Assembly: GCA_030615145.1 (NCBI GenBank)
Contig: JAUWZT010000001.1
Location: 1-36,839 of the forward strand
Direction of reading: 5' to 3'
Origin: Promethearchaeota archaeon
GTDB taxonomy: Archaea; Asgardarchaeota; Lokiarchaeia; Sigyniarchaeales; SOKP01
DNA length: 36,839 bases
Positions 35,913 through 36,839 of this stretch are shown here, piece after piece. A model generated the notes under the pieces. It did not search any database and was not told the origin of the DNA. It saw nothing but the letters and a program-made list of their open reading frames with translations. Made by a program: the position numbers and the translations under genes. Within the stretch, counting starts at the first letter, position 1, and each line of letters opens with the position of its first letter.

Positions 35913-36764
35913 TTAATTAGTATTTTCTCCAAGACCTAGTTGCGATACCATCATTCTTTTCAGCTCTTCTTTATTTTTAGGCAAACCAAACATATCTGCA
36001 TACTTATCTGTTGTAGCCAATTCAGCTGACCTTCCTTTTTTTACTGCCGATATTAGATCGTTTTCTAAAAGGTATTTGACATGCTCGTAAGCCCCACTTC
36101 CTCTTAATTTAATAACAGTTGATTTTAAAATTGGTTGTTTCAACGCTATAATTGTTAGCGTTCTTAAGTAACGCTCAGCAATAGCGCCTCCTTTGGCGAA
36201 TTTAGATACAGTTTCGGTAAGTTCAGGTCTAAGCTGCATCTGGTATTTCTCTCCAATTTGAGCGACAATTAACGCGCCAGAACGTTCTAAATAATCAAAA
36301 GCAACAACTCTTACTAATTCTTCAACTTCTTTTTTGGGAATTTCTAATTTAGTCGATAATTCTTCGACATCAAGGGGTCTACCTGCTGCGTAAAGGGCGC
36401 CTTCTATTAGATTTCTCCGTAGTTCTTTTAATTGTATTTCTAAATCTTCTTTCGTGATTTCTTGGGGTATTTGGGGTTCTTCTCGGTCATTTCCTATAAT
36501 TTCTATTTCCAGTTCACTTAATCTTTCTTCTGAGTTTTCGGAACTTAATGTGTCTTCTTCAAATTCTTCTTTGGATTCTTTTTCAAGTTCTTCTTCGATA
36601 TTCTCATCGGTATCAATAGTATCCTCTAATTCTTCCGGAATCTTTTCTACTTGAGATATTTTTTCTTCTTCTTTTTCACTTATATGTATTTCTTCCTTCT
36701 CTTCTTCTATTTCAGTTTCAATTTCAGGTTGTTTTTCTAGTTCTTTTTCACTATTTTCGTTCAT
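35913..36764 (-). CDS. scpB: ScpB (SMC-ScpAB condensin subunit) with about 110-aa acidic N-terminal extension
   Basis: The C-terminal roughly 170 aa match the tandem winged-helix ScpB pattern: IEGALYAAGRPLDVEELS..., YLRTLTIIALKQPILKSTVIKLRGSGAYEHVKYLLENDLI, GRSAELATTDKYADMFGL. The N-terminus is E/I/K-rich low complexity. Confidence 0.65.
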   Translation of the reverse strand: MNENSEKELEKQPEIETEIEEEKEEIHISEKEEEKISQVEKIPEELEDTIDTDENIEEELEKESKEEFEEDTLSSENSEERLSELEIEIIGNDREEPQIPQEITKEDLEIQLKELRRNLIEGALYAAGRPLDVEELSTKLEIPKKEVEELVRVVAFDYLERSGALIVAQIGEKYQMQLRPELTETVSKFAKGGAIAERYLRTLTIIALKQPILKSTVIKLRGSGAYEHVKYLLENDLISAVKKGRSAELATTDKYADMFGLPKNKEELKRMMVSQLGLGENTN

Positions 36765-36839
36765 AATTTATCGTCAAAATAATTTTGTCAAAATTATTTT
36801 TTTAAGTTAATTGAAAAATTTTTAAAATCTTCTTCTTGT

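Noticed and set aside
35846-35932. N-terminal 29 codons of the track ORF 34658..35932 (MEKILINYLLLIKRKRERQKEKSKTGLFN)
   Set aside because: This extension would overlap the scpB 3' end by 20 nt. It starts at TTG and has no counterpart in the paralog, whose Met1 aligns with Met30 here. My manual reading of bases near 35820 and 35912 also differed from the track by 1 nt. I could not resolve this and deferred to the track frame.
1-36839. CRISPR arrays, rRNA, IS elements, tandem DNA repeats
   Set aside because: No regularly spaced direct repeats or terminal inverted repeats were seen. The repetitiveness observed is at the protein level (HEAT repeats, Q-rich, E-rich and K-rich low-complexity segments).

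Overview
This is an AT-rich, densely coding archaeal chromosomal segment with 24 protein-coding genes (one truncated at the left edge) and one tRNA-Ala(CGC). I saw no CRISPR array, rRNA, transposase or integrase. Archaeal identity rests on MCM, Topo VI A and B, a GINS23-like gene and ScpB. A Ras/Rab-type small GTPase, many HEAT-repeat proteins and the very low GC make an Asgard (Lokiarchaeia-like) origin the best guess, but that is inference only.

Gene content, left to right:
- membrane-anchored protein (partial)
- polyproline/coiled-coil/zinc-ribbon protein
- HDAC-family deacetylase
- small GTPase
- Zn-type alcohol dehydrogenase
- VIT1/CCC1 transporter
- rubrerythrin
- MCM
- 1115-aa polytopic-membrane plus HEAT-repeat protein
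- GINS23-like protein
- tight minus-strand operon top6B-top6A-ORF172-pyrE
- CoaBC
- DUF885-like protein
- tight minus-strand cassette MoxR AAA+ / coiled-coil VWA / SWIM-finger protein
- divergently transcribed glycyl radical enzyme with no activase in view
- tRNA-Ala
- ValRS
- GT2 glycosyltransferase
- second DUF885-like paralog
- ScpB with an acidic N-terminal extension

The best candidates for undescribed biology are:
1. The MoxR-VWA-SWIM three-gene cassette at 22320-28158, together with its orphan glycyl radical enzyme neighbour.
2. A Topo VI B subunit about twice the normal length (1138 aa), carrying three insertions and a C-terminal extension, followed by a translationally coupled 172-aa ORF.

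All domain calls come from motif recognition by eye; no searches were run. In the 35.7-36.0 kb region my base-by-base reading disagreed with the ORF track by 1 nt, so coordinates there follow the track arithmetic.
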